Positions 9,520 through 18,416 of a stretch of 64,000 nucleotides of DNA are shown here, one piece after another (position 1 is the first letter of the stretch; each line of letters opens with the position of its first letter). The position numbers and the translations under genes were made by a program. A model generated the notes under the pieces. That model was not told where the DNA came from. It did not search any database and saw only the letters and a list, made by a program, of their open reading frames with translations. Source of the stretch: Opitutales bacterium. Lineage in GTDB: Bacteria > Verrucomicrobiota > Verrucomicrobiia > Opitutales > JABSRG01. Location: assembly GCA_049599475.1 (NCBI GenBank), contig JBMYOQ010000011.1, forward strand, positions 17,553-81,552, written 5' to 3'.

Positions 9520-11814
9520 TTATGAGACCCGCTTTGCAGCCTTTTCCATATACTCGTCAATTGGGGTCTTCTCAAGTTCGGCTTCGCTTTGCTGGACGGG
9601 CGAGGCCCAGAGCTTTTCGAGTTGTGGTTTACCATCCTTATCGTAGCTGCCGAAGTTGAGGGTGCCGGTTGGGCAAACGTGCACACATGCTGAGCAGCGC
9701 ACACATTCGGGATCTTCCATGCCTTTGCCCTTGTTGGCGAAGTTCATGATGTCGATACCCTGGTGGCAGACCGTGGTGCAGGCGTTGCACGAAATACATT
9801 TCTTCTTGTCTGCGAAAATGCGGAATTTCGAGAAGCGTGCGTAGATGTGCATGAGGGCCGCGAGCGGACATGCAAAACGACACCAAGCGCGTCCCGAAAA
9901 GTGGAAGTAAAGGCCGTAGCCGAGAATGCCGGCAAGCCAGAGGTCGACGATGTATTTGTAATTCGCGACGGGGAGTTCGCTGACCATGCTCTTGAAACTG
10001 TTTGCGAACCATTCAATGCCCATCCAGCCAAGAATTCTCCAAACCAGAAGAATCATTGCAACGGCGAGAATCGCTTGGCCAAGCATGTTGAGCTTATTCC
10101 AAAACGGACCGTGTGGCATCTTGTGGCGGTGTCCATCGCCGAGAGTTTCCGCCATCGCTCCGCAACTGCAGATCCAGCCGCAGTAGGCGCCTTTACCCCA
10201 CTTGATGACAATGAATGGGATGATCACAAAGGTCTGAATTAGGCTGACGATGAGCCATCCCCAGATAGGAGCTTCCGTGAACACGTTGAAGGCGAAAAGT
10301 GGCCAGGCTAGGATAAACCCGAATGCGCGCCAGTATTGGTCTGGGTTTGTCCCTGGCCCGTTGGAAAGAAATGTCATGCCGAACCACTCGCCGATACCGC
10401 CATTGGTAAAGGCTCCCAGGGCCCCCATGTATGGTAAAATGACGTAGGGGAGGAGGAACAAGGGCAGCACCTGTATTGCCATGAGAGACAGGGTTTGCCG
10501 AGTGATGTAGGGAGTCTTGCGAGTCTTAATTCGCTTAATCCCAAAGATTACAATCACCAATGAATAGACGAAGGTATACCAAAAATCGGGGCGCGTTTGC
10601 GCTGTCTGGGAAAGGGTGTGTAAGAATCCCCCAGGTTCGCCTAGGATACTTAAATTGAAGGGAAAAATATCCTTTTGGTCGAAGATTTGCCACAGGTTGG
10701 TATTGGGAATGCCCAATATGTTTACGTAGCCCTTCCAGTGGTAAATGAATCCGAAAATCAATAGGGAGATCGCTAGGGTAAACCAGAATTTCGGCGAACG
10801 CTCACCGGATATTTTGATCCCGGAACGGCGGAAAAATTCGAGGGGCGGCTCGCGTCCGATCAGCGAAAATACATAATCATTTTCCAGAGAAATGGAGGCT
10901 CTGTTTTGATCGATGAAGACACGATCGTCGGTGATTTTCTTGATATTGGAAGCCATGAACAGTTTCAGGCTACCGGCTTTCTGAAGAGCCTCGATTTTCT
11001 CGATGTTCTCGGGTTTGGGGCGTTGGAACTCTGCGCGGCGGTAGCTTAGGGCGACAGTGGCTCCTTCTTCGGCCATTGAAATCGCGGCTTCGAGCGCGGA
11101 ATCGCCTCCGCCTACCACGAGGACTTTTTTGCCGACGAACTCGCGAGGATCGATCAGGCGATTGGAGACCTTCTCGAGCTCTTCGCCTTCGACGCCGAGT
11201 TTGCGGAAGTTGCCCGTGCGGCCGATTGCGATGACCACGCGTTGTGCTTTGATATCTTCGCCGCCCTTCGTTTTGAGAACACGGTGGCTGCCCTTGTCCT
11301 CGATCGCTTCTACCTGCGCTTGGCGGGTCTCGATCTCAAACTCCTGGCGCTGGGCCTCCAGCTCGTCGATCAGGTCTTCCTTTACCTCGGATTTGAAGCG
11401 CATGCTACCCGCCGGTTCCATGTCGGTAGGGTAGGTGTAAATAGGTTTACGGCGCGGGAAATTCCGAATGGTTGAAAAGGCTTGTTGTGCTTCCAGGACG
11501 CAATAGCTGAGCCCGGCTTTCTTGGCCTCGATGGCCGCTGAGATACCGGAAACGCCGGCTCCGATGATGGCGACGTCGACGTCGGTCTTACTCGACTGTT
11601 TCTCAAAGCCTTTCTCTTCGATGAAACCAAGCACCGCCTTGGCGCCTGTATCCGCTGAGAACTTCAGAAGGGGCACGCCTGTAAGATCGCCGACGATGCG
11701 AACTCCGGGAAGGTTCGTGAGCCCGTTTTCCTGGATTTCAGGGCCCTTTTCAGGGACGCCTGCGGGCCACTGAGTGTGCAGCCAGTGTGTGTACTTTGAG
11801 ATGAGATTGAGCAT
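9520..11814 (-). CDS. NAD(P)/FAD-dependent oxidoreductase fused to a polytopic membrane 4Fe-4S (NapH/polyferredoxin-like) domain
   Basis: Two dinucleotide-binding motifs are present (IIGAGVSGISAA and VVGGGDSALEAA). These are followed by more than 6 hydrophobic helices, a CGWICSCG motif, and two ferredoxin cysteine clusters (CISCNACTTVC and CVRCSACVHVCP). Confidence 0.7.
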   Translation of the reverse strand: MLNLISKYTHWLHTQWPAGVPEKGPEIQENGLTNLPGVRIVGDLTGVPLLKFSADTGAKAVLGFIEEKGFEKQSSKTDVDVAIIGAGVSGISAAIEAKKAGLSYCVLEAQQAFSTIRNFPRRKPIYTYPTDMEPAGSMRFKSEVKEDLIDELEAQRQEFEIETRQAQVEAIEDKGSHRVLKTKGGEDIKAQRVVIAIGRTGNFRKLGVEGEELEKVSNRLIDPREFVGKKVLVVGGGDSALEAAISMAEEGATVALSYRRAEFQRPKPENIEKIEALQKAGSLKLFMASNIKKITDDRVFIDQNRASISLENDYVFSLIGREPPLEFFRRSGIKISGERSPKFWFTLAISLLIFGFIYHWKGYVNILGIPNTNLWQIFDQKDIFPFNLSILGEPGGFLHTLSQTAQTRPDFWYTFVYSLVIVIFGIKRIKTRKTPYITRQTLSLMAIQVLPLFLLPYVILPYMGALGAFTNGGIGEWFGMTFLSNGPGTNPDQYWRAFGFILAWPLFAFNVFTEAPIWGWLIVSLIQTFVIIPFIVIKWGKGAYCGWICSCGAMAETLGDGHRHKMPHGPFWNKLNMLGQAILAVAMILLVWRILGWMGIEWFANSFKSMVSELPVANYKYIVDLWLAGILGYGLYFHFSGRAWCRFACPLAALMHIYARFSKFRIFADKKKCISCNACTTVCHQGIDIMNFANKGKGMEDPECVRCSACVHVCPTGTLNFGSYDKDGKPQLEKLWASPVQQSEAELEKTPIDEYMEKAAKRVS

Positions 11815-11883
11815 GCAGAATAAGGATTGGAGCCGAAGTCGGCTACAGAGTTACGCGGATGTGGTTGAAAATAGAGCGACGGA

Positions 11884-12630
11884 TTATTCGGAGAGCGGAG
11901 TATTGAGAGACCAATCGTAGGGGAGAAATTTTACGGATGCCTTAGCAGGAAGTTTTGCGCCAGTGCGATAGGGGTTGATGTATTCGATTGGATTTTCGGT
12001 CGGAAAGTCATGTTTATACCAATCGAAGAGGGCTGAGACGTGGACCTCGCGGCCTTTCACTTGGACGCCCCATTGATCGTTGAGGAAGATTTGGGCCTGT
12101 TCATCCATCTGCTCATCGAGTTTGCTGCTCAGAAAGGGCTCGCTTCTGAGCGGTGGACAGCTGCGGCTGGCGCAGTTGACGGCCCAGTGAATCCGTGGGT
12201 CCGGGTATTCCTTGAGGAGGATGACCTTCTCGACGTCGTCTAGAGAAAGTGTGCGGCCACTCTGTTGGATGAACGGCTTTTTGAAGATTCCAAAATCGGG
12301 CAAAATCTCGGTGACACTTTTCACCGGATATGCGTCGAACACTGCCTTCAGCATGCCGAGATTATACAGATTGATATAAAATGCCTTTTGTTGATCGAAG
12401 CTGAGTTCGGACAAGTCGAGCTTGGACCAAGTCTTTAGAATTGAGTCGACGGCCTTGAGATCGTCTGTGCTCTTCGCCCACTTCGCATAATCTACGCCGG
12501 TAGCGGTCGCATATTTATCGAGTAGTTCGGCGTAGTCGGTGTATAGGGCGGACTCATTTGCCTCTGAAAACTGGGCGTTCAACGCTTGTGCACTGAAAAC
12601 GAGGGCGAATAAAATGGAAAGTGTCTTCAT
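11884..12630 (-). CDS. secreted DUF547-family protein
   Basis: It has an N-terminal signal peptide (MKTLSILFALVFSAQALNA). The motifs YINLYNLGMLK and HWAVNCASRSCPPLR match the DUF547 pattern as I remember it. Confidence 0.65.
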   Translation of the reverse strand: MKTLSILFALVFSAQALNAQFSEANESALYTDYAELLDKYATATGVDYAKWAKSTDDLKAVDSILKTWSKLDLSELSFDQQKAFYINLYNLGMLKAVFDAYPVKSVTEILPDFGIFKKPFIQQSGRTLSLDDVEKVILLKEYPDPRIHWAVNCASRSCPPLRSEPFLSSKLDEQMDEQAQIFLNDQWGVQVKGREVHVSALFDWYKHDFPTENPIEYINPYRTGAKLPAKASVKFLPYDWSLNTPLSE

Positions 12631-12691
12631 TGTCTTCTCGGTTTATTAGGATGATAGAGTGAAGCCTTTCCGAATTATTCCAAATAGACCC

Positions 12692-14737
12692 TTATTCGTT
12701 GGCAGGCACTGGCTTAGGATCGACCCATTTGCCGTGTTGCTTAATGAGGTCGACGAGACGGTCGACCGCTTCGTCCTGCGCAATGCCGGCCTTCACTACC
12801 TTTTTCCCGACATATAAATTTATTTTTCCAGGGGCGCCTCCCACGTATCCGAAGTCGGCATCTGCCATTTCGCCCGGGCCATTTACAATACAGCCCATGA
12901 CTGCGATGGTGACTCCCTTTAGGTGAGCGGTCTTTTCCTTTACCCGTGCGGTGGTGCTCTGCAAGTCGAAGAGCGTGCGCCCGCATGAAGGGCAGGCGAC
13001 GTATTCGGTTTTCGAAATGCGTGAGCGGGCGGCTTGGAGGATGTTGTAGGCGAGACCGTTGGCCTGCTTGAGCTCCTTGAGCGCGTGGATGCTGATCATA
13101 TCGCCCAGTCCGTCCGCGAGGAGTGGGCCGGCGAGAATACTGGCCTCGATAAGCTGCCCTCCAAAGTAATCTGCGGGATCGATATGTGTCTCGGAGCCGA
13201 GACGGATCCAAAGCGGAGCATCGATTTCGGCTTGTTTCAGGGCCTCCGCGAGCTGTCGATACTGTCCGAGTGGATGAATAGAGTCACTCGGAACAAACTG
13301 GAGGCTGGCGATTACTGAACCGGAATTCAGGTTTGGAATGATTTCCTGTTCCCAGGTTTCGGGTGTCGCTTGGATTGCGAGCTGAGTCCCAAAATTTTCG
13401 GAAAGAGACTGTGCGGTCTGGAGCTGGGCTGCGGAGTCAAGGGAGGTTGAAATAATCCATCCATTAGCCCCTGCTGGGCGTTTCCAGTCAGAGAAAATAT
13501 CCTCAAGCTGCTCAGAAGGGGCTTCGAGCACGAAAAACGGAATCACCGAGCTGAGGGCTGTGAAAATCGCTTCGACGTGCGGTAAGTCTGCTGCAGAAGC
13601 GACGGGTAGCAGGATGCCCTCGATCTTGGAGTCTTGGAAATGCAGTTGGGTTTGGCAGACAGCCTGGATGATTGCCTGAGTGTCCTCGATCGGATCAGTG
13701 GGCGCCAGACATACCGCGGGTACTTCCGATCCGCCGATCGCGACTTTGCTGGGAGTATTCGAAAGCTCGATAGTCTGTGTTTCGCGGCGTGTGTATTCGA
13801 AAGGATTGATGCTGTCTTTTGTGGAAGGAATGTCCTGCGGGGCTTGCTCACGCAGGATGGTTGCTCGCTTTGCTAGGTCGCGGGCAACGGGCAGCTCGTG
13901 GATCGGGTCCTCCGTGAGCGAGACGCGTATGGTGTCCCCCAGACCGTCGTAGAGTAGGGAGCCGATTCCGATGGTGCTCTTGATTCGGGCATCTTCACCA
14001 TCGCCGGCCTCGGTAACACCCAAGTGTAGGGGATACTGCATCCCGAGTTCCTGCATGCGGGCGGCAGCGAGGCGATAGGCTTCGATCATGACCTTCGGAT
14101 TCGAGGCCTTCATCGAAAGAATGATGTCGTGGAAATTGTGTGACTCTGCAATGCGAATGAACTCTAGCGCCGATTCCACCATGCCATTGGGCGTGTCGCC
14201 GTAGCGGTTCATAATCCGGTCGGACAGGGAGCCGTGATTGGTCCCTATGCGCATCGCTTTGCCGAGCTCCTTGGAACGCAGAACGATGGGGGAGAAGGCC
14301 TCGTGAAGGCGCTCGAGCTCCTCCTCATATTGATCGTCAGAATACTCGCGAATTTTGAAAGCTTTGCGGTCGGCGTAGTTGCCAGGATTGATGCGCACCT
14401 TGTCGACATGGTTCACTGCCTCCATGGCTACCTTCGGGAGGAAGTGGATATCGGCGACCAAAGGGACGTCTACTTTTGCCTTTTCGAGCTCGGCGCGGAT
14501 CTCCTTGAGGGCCTCGCCCGCCTTCATCGTAGGAGCGGTAATCCGCACGATCTCGCAACCCGCCTCCGCAAGCTCTATGGTCTGTTTGACTGTTCCAGCC
14601 ACATCGCAGGTGTCGGTGGTGGTCATGGACTGGACGCGAACAGGATTCGCTCCGCCGATACCGACATCACCGACCCGGACTTCTCGGGTTTCCCAGCGGC
14701 GGGTCTGAAAGCGCGAATGACAGTAGCTCAGAGACAT
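12692..14737 (-). CDS. ispG: 4-hydroxy-3-methylbut-2-en-1-yl diphosphate synthase, long three-domain form
   Basis: The N-terminal TIM-barrel region (VRVQSMTTTDT...RINPGN) and the C-terminal 4Fe-4S domain (CPSCGRT...GCIVNGPGE) are separated by an insert of about 270 aa. This is the layout of the plant/Chlamydia/Bacteroidota-type enzyme. Confidence 0.9.
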   Translation of the reverse strand: MSLSYCHSRFQTRRWETREVRVGDVGIGGANPVRVQSMTTTDTCDVAGTVKQTIELAEAGCEIVRITAPTMKAGEALKEIRAELEKAKVDVPLVADIHFLPKVAMEAVNHVDKVRINPGNYADRKAFKIREYSDDQYEEELERLHEAFSPIVLRSKELGKAMRIGTNHGSLSDRIMNRYGDTPNGMVESALEFIRIAESHNFHDIILSMKASNPKVMIEAYRLAAARMQELGMQYPLHLGVTEAGDGEDARIKSTIGIGSLLYDGLGDTIRVSLTEDPIHELPVARDLAKRATILREQAPQDIPSTKDSINPFEYTRRETQTIELSNTPSKVAIGGSEVPAVCLAPTDPIEDTQAIIQAVCQTQLHFQDSKIEGILLPVASAADLPHVEAIFTALSSVIPFFVLEAPSEQLEDIFSDWKRPAGANGWIISTSLDSAAQLQTAQSLSENFGTQLAIQATPETWEQEIIPNLNSGSVIASLQFVPSDSIHPLGQYRQLAEALKQAEIDAPLWIRLGSETHIDPADYFGGQLIEASILAGPLLADGLGDMISIHALKELKQANGLAYNILQAARSRISKTEYVACPSCGRTLFDLQSTTARVKEKTAHLKGVTIAVMGCIVNGPGEMADADFGYVGGAPGKINLYVGKKVVKAGIAQDEAVDRLVDLIKQHGKWVDPKPVPANE

Positions 14738-14751
14738 GGCCGCAAGTTGCT

Positions 14752-15840
14752 ATGAAAAAGGGTTCTGATCAAATCCAGAATCGAATGTTTTACATCATCA
14801 CCTCGCGAGCCGCGTTAATCTATCCATCAATTCTCAAAGAAATCCTTGAGGCGGGAGCGTTCTTTGCTATGCGAAGAGTGATGAACCGAGATGTTTCCAA
14901 CTTACTTGCCGCTATGTTTGGTGTGCTGCTTTTATTCGGAGCTGCCTTTCTTTTCTTGCGAGAAAAAGATGCGCCGCCGGTTGTGGATGTTCCGGAGCCT
15001 GAGCCCAGCGAGTATTTTGTATACTTTCCAAAATTTGAGCAATGGTTGGAAACTCCGGTGAAGGTTCATGCTTTGCATAGCCTGAACAATGTGACGCTGG
15101 AGGAGATCAAGAACGGACAGAATATCGTGCGGACGGTGTTGTTCGACACTGAGAACGCGCAGAAAGATTTGGCACGTATCGTTCAGGCGGTTGATTTGAC
15201 ATGTAGAGACATCGTACCTCCCGCCGATGGGGGAGAGCGAACGAGTAAGTTGCGGAGCGGCGTACTCGTCTTTGATTCTGATGATCTGTCGGATTTACGG
15301 ATACCACGGCGCCCACAGCCATCGCCTGAAGTCGCTATTCCGGTGGCCCAGGACCTAGATCGCCTAATGCGCGGATTCTACATTCAAGATTTCGAAAAGG
15401 TTCAGAGCAGTTTTAATATCAAAGCAGACTCTTGGGAGAAGAAGTATTCGAGCTTCAATAGCGCATCAGGGGGCACACGGGTGGGGGCTTCGAGTATTCA
15501 TTACATCCGTCAAGTTCGAAGCTTTTTACAGGGAATGGGCCAGATCAACGATCGCTATCTCTATATTCAATCTAGCTTGAACGGGACGAATGAGGCGCGC
15601 GAAGACTGGAGCAAATTTAAGGAAGAAAGTATTCCAGGCCTTGAGGCGGTCATCGTCGGTGGGTCGAATGAATCTGTGGAAGTTCAGCCAGGAGGACGTG
15701 TTCCTTTTGAACAAACGCATTCGACGCGGTCTTATTTCGTCGGCGAACTAGATATCCGAGGAAATAAAGTATTTTTGCTGCTTGGAAGCTACGCGGATCC
15801 CCGAATGAAAGTTCTATGGAGCCACAAGCGCCCCGTCTGA
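14752..15840 (+). CDS. hypothetical membrane-anchored protein (start uncertain)
   Basis: This is a long ORF with one N-terminal hydrophobic helix (LLAAMFGVLLLFGAAFLFL) and no family I can name. The ATG at 14752 is only 14 nt from the divergent ispG start, so the true start may be 14869 or 14881. Confidence 0.5.
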   Translation: MKKGSDQIQNRMFYIITSRAALIYPSILKEILEAGAFFAMRRVMNRDVSNLLAAMFGVLLLFGAAFLFLREKDAPPVVDVPEPEPSEYFVYFPKFEQWLETPVKVHALHSLNNVTLEEIKNGQNIVRTVLFDTENAQKDLARIVQAVDLTCRDIVPPADGGERTSKLRSGVLVFDSDDLSDLRIPRRPQPSPEVAIPVAQDLDRLMRGFYIQDFEKVQSSFNIKADSWEKKYSSFNSASGGTRVGASSIHYIRQVRSFLQGMGQINDRYLYIQSSLNGTNEAREDWSKFKEESIPGLEAVIVGGSNESVEVQPGGRVPFEQTHSTRSYFVGELDIRGNKVFLLLGSYADPRMKVLWSHKRPV

Positions 15841-15847
15841 GGCGGCC

Positions 15848-17872
15848 CTAGACCACCTTATAAACGCGCATGGCCTTGTGGCCTTTATCGAGGGTTTTCT
15901 CTCCGAGAAATTCAAATTTGCTGTCGTAACCTTCTTCAGTCTTCGCGAGAGCGGCAAAATATTCGGATGCGTAGATCTGTCCCTCTTCCGCAATGGGCTC
16001 CAAGCGTGCGGCTAGACTGACATGCGATCCCGTGAAGGTAATGCAGCGCTGGATCGGGTCGAAACATTGGTAAAGTGGGCCGGCGTGTAGTCCGATGCGA
16101 AGCTTCAACTCAACTGAAAACGCATCGCTGATCTGTGCCTCTTGTAGCAGGGCTTTGGAAAAAGCTGCCGCGACCTGAGCTGAGGGGAAAACCGCGAAAA
16201 GCGCGTCGCCCCAAGTATTCGATACATCGGGAGCAAACTCTTCTTGGCTCATCAGCTCCGAGCATAGACCCAGGAATCTTGAGACAAATTCAGGGATTTC
16301 GACTTCGGGCAGGCGTGTGTAGCCGGACACATCGGCAAAGAGTATTGCTTTGGTCTCCTTGTGGGGGCGGAAGGGGGCCTTGTCTGAATTTCCCGAGTTG
16401 GATCGAGGCCTGACTGGTTGACGCCTGTTGATTTCTTCTAACTGCTGTCCCGAGTTGGCTTTGATGGTAAAAGCTTGGGGAGATGCAGTGTCTCGCCAGA
16501 TATTTTCCGAAACGACGCCTTGGGCGTGCCATTGAGCAATGTTTAAGGCGGTGCCTCCTTGGCCGCGGGCGATAGCGCCGTCCCACACACTCAGGCCCCG
16601 CACCGCGAGATCCATTTGATCACTGATTAGCAGCGCTTTCCCGAGCAAAATATTGGATGCGAACTCGAAGTCGATTGGATCTCCAGAGTATGCGAATGGG
16701 TTGAGAATATTAATGGAAGTCGCACGCTCCAGCACCCAATTCAGACGACTCTCCCAGTGGTCGCCCTCGGCGGAGTTGATGCAGATCTCTTTGAACGATT
16801 CCAATGAGAATGGAAGGATCACGTGAGCGTCGCCACCCTGCCGTATCACCGATTCGAGGAACAAAAGATCTCCGCCAGAAGCTGCGCTGGAAAACCCAAA
16901 GCGCACATTGTTGTCTTTGACCCACTGATCTATCTGCTCGGCCAGGGCTGGGACATCTGATTCGCGCAAGCGTTGATTTTCGGCAGATACCATCGCAGGA
17001 TCTGCCAGGTGGCCGGTGAATAAGGTTATAGCCCCGAGATTGAAAATTGGTTCCCAGGCATCGAGATCTTCGCCACGTGCTCTCAGAATGAGTCGGGCTT
17101 GTTTCCGTGTAGATGCCACATCTGCCCACTTATCTTTTCCTATCTTACGTGCTTCGATATATGCCTCTTTTGCACCCCAAGCATCTCCTAGAAGTAGATT
17201 CGCTTCGCCCAGAGTCGCAAGATTCCAATAGGTGTTGTTCTCCTTCAAACGTTTCAAGCAGACGCCGCGAATCTCGTCTGCAAGGTCGGCTGCGGAGTCC
17301 TTATCTCCCAGCAAATATGCTATCGTTGCTGCATTGATTCCAGGGTAAGGATCTCCGGAAATCCTCCATGCCCGGTTGTAGTAGGTGAGCGATTTTTGGA
17401 GATTCTTTATTTCTGGTTTCGGAACTGGGTGGGTGATCGTGTCCGATTTGTAAGAGCGGCCCAGGAGGGAAAGGGTCTCGGCATCTTCGGAAAATTGCCG
17501 GAGGGTGAGCTCTAGAAGCTCGCGGGCGGTCTGCGTGGCCCCGCAGCGCAAAAAGGCCAGGGCCCGTTGCTGTTGAAGCGTTTTGGAGCCTGGATGAATT
17601 TGCAGAGCGCGGGTGGCGAGTTCGACTGCCGAGAACGGATCGCCCAGGCTATTCAATTGTTTGACGGCAGATACGCAGTCGTCACTTGATGTGGCTTCAA
17701 GCAGTGTGGAATTCGCGAGCCAAAGGTTTCTGAGCTGGTAGACGCGGGACTGGTTTCCGTCGGTAGACATAGGAGGGTTTATCCCTGATAAAGGCTTATT
17801 GATAAGCTGTCTAGTGCTCACTGCCTCGTGTGCGGCGAATTGGAGCATATTTATTTTTCTAACGGCTTCCAT
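15848..17872 (-). CDS. TPR region + Rossmann (SLOG-like) domain + class III nucleotide cyclase domain
   Basis: The C-terminal cyclase motifs are ILFADVSGYT, WGDALFAVF, RIGLHAGP and GSHVSLAARLE. The middle domain has SSAASGGDLLFLESVIRQGGDAHVILPF. The N-terminal part has TPR-like helices including YPGINAATIAYLLGD. Alternative starts exist at 17848 and 17770. Confidence 0.8.
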   Translation of the reverse strand: MEAVRKINMLQFAAHEAVSTRQLINKPLSGINPPMSTDGNQSRVYQLRNLWLANSTLLEATSSDDCVSAVKQLNSLGDPFSAVELATRALQIHPGSKTLQQQRALAFLRCGATQTARELLELTLRQFSEDAETLSLLGRSYKSDTITHPVPKPEIKNLQKSLTYYNRAWRISGDPYPGINAATIAYLLGDKDSAADLADEIRGVCLKRLKENNTYWNLATLGEANLLLGDAWGAKEAYIEARKIGKDKWADVASTRKQARLILRARGEDLDAWEPIFNLGAITLFTGHLADPAMVSAENQRLRESDVPALAEQIDQWVKDNNVRFGFSSAASGGDLLFLESVIRQGGDAHVILPFSLESFKEICINSAEGDHWESRLNWVLERATSINILNPFAYSGDPIDFEFASNILLGKALLISDQMDLAVRGLSVWDGAIARGQGGTALNIAQWHAQGVVSENIWRDTASPQAFTIKANSGQQLEEINRRQPVRPRSNSGNSDKAPFRPHKETKAILFADVSGYTRLPEVEIPEFVSRFLGLCSELMSQEEFAPDVSNTWGDALFAVFPSAQVAAAFSKALLQEAQISDAFSVELKLRIGLHAGPLYQCFDPIQRCITFTGSHVSLAARLEPIAEEGQIYASEYFAALAKTEEGYDSKFEFLGEKTLDKGHKAMRVYKVV

Positions 17873-17878
17873 CGCAGG

Positions 17879-17916
17879 AAAAAATAAGGGCGGCCGACAC
17901 CTCCAGCCGGCCGCCC
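17879..17916 (-). terminator. intrinsic terminator (9-bp GC stem plus U-tract) on the minus strand
   Basis: The minus strand reads GGGCGGCCG-gctggaggtgt-CGGCCGCCC-TTATTTTTT. The stem is perfect (17888-17896 with 17908-17916). It lies 19 nt after the stop of the 68-aa ORF, and the U-tract ends 6 nt before the ATG at 17872. Confidence 0.75.
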
Positions 17917-17935
17917 AGTCACACTGTATTGAGCT

Positions 17936-18142
17936 CTAACCTAACAGACCTGTGCCGTTTTCACGACAAGCAGACCGATGTTTCCGGTTCGACATAGCCT
18001 CCCCGAAAGTCTTAAAATTCGTATCTCGATCGACCTTCTCGAAGAGTTTCAAGCGTTGAGTAGGCTTGAACGATTCCCTGTTCATTCTGCGAATCTGGGC
18101 GCAGTACAGGGAAGGTGTTTTAGTGAGAAATGCGGTGTGCAT
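17936..18142 (-). CDS. possible small basic protein (68 aa), unassigned
   Basis: The ORF is MHTAFLTKTPSLY...RENGTGLLG. Its stop is followed after 19 nt by the canonical terminator at 17879-17916. I recognise no family, so it may instead be part of a non-coding leader. Confidence 0.3.
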   Translation of the reverse strand: MHTAFLTKTPSLYCAQIRRMNRESFKPTQRLKLFEKVDRDTNFKTFGEAMSNRKHRSACRENGTGLLG

Positions 18143-18235
18143 GATGGTCGGTATGTGAGAGTGAGATGTGTCGCGACTGCGGGTTGGTAAGTGATGCAGT
18201 GCGCGTTCACAGGGAATACGAAGAAAGCCGAGCCG

Positions 18236-18264
18236 TTTTCAGAAATTTTCTATTTTTCTGAAAA
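18236..18264. promoter_or_regulatory. 10-bp perfect inverted repeat TTTTCAGAAA-N9-TTTCTGAAAA in an AT-rich patch
   Basis: Bases 18236-18245 and 18255-18264 are exact reverse complements. A third related CTCTGAAAC lies at 18279-18287 and a T6 run at 18294-18299. The element is in the 544-bp spacer between the ABC permease stop and the cyclase gene. Its function is unknown; it could be an operator or a weak terminator. Confidence 0.4.
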
Positions 18265-18416
18265 AACTTTCGTTTTCTCTCTGAAACCCTCGGTTTTTTC
18301 GGCGTATGATCGTGGCCAATTTGGGGTGACCGTATCTATTCAGGCGCGCTCCGGCAGAACGATGCGATTGGCCAATCAGCTAGAAATCGTCAAACCGAGC
18401 GCCACGGGGCGAGGGC

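Noticed and set aside
9638-10242. Several 95-159-aa ORFs occur in other frames and strands within the oxidoreductase gene. Similar Arg-rich ORFs lie inside ispG (12741-13211), hemL (53123-53638), acuI (52013-52378) and the membrane protein gene (59330-59830).
   Set aside because: These are typical shadow ORFs of GC-rich coding sequence. All are nested in genes with strong motif support.
15848-17872. I considered whether the cyclase gene is part of a Pycsar- or CBASS-type cyclic-nucleotide defence operon.
   Set aside because: No effector gene with a cNMP-binding, TIR, patatin or TM-pore domain is co-oriented next to it. The only neighbours are a convergent unknown gene and a terminator-bounded spacer. 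The idea is kept only as a test within the cyclase finding.
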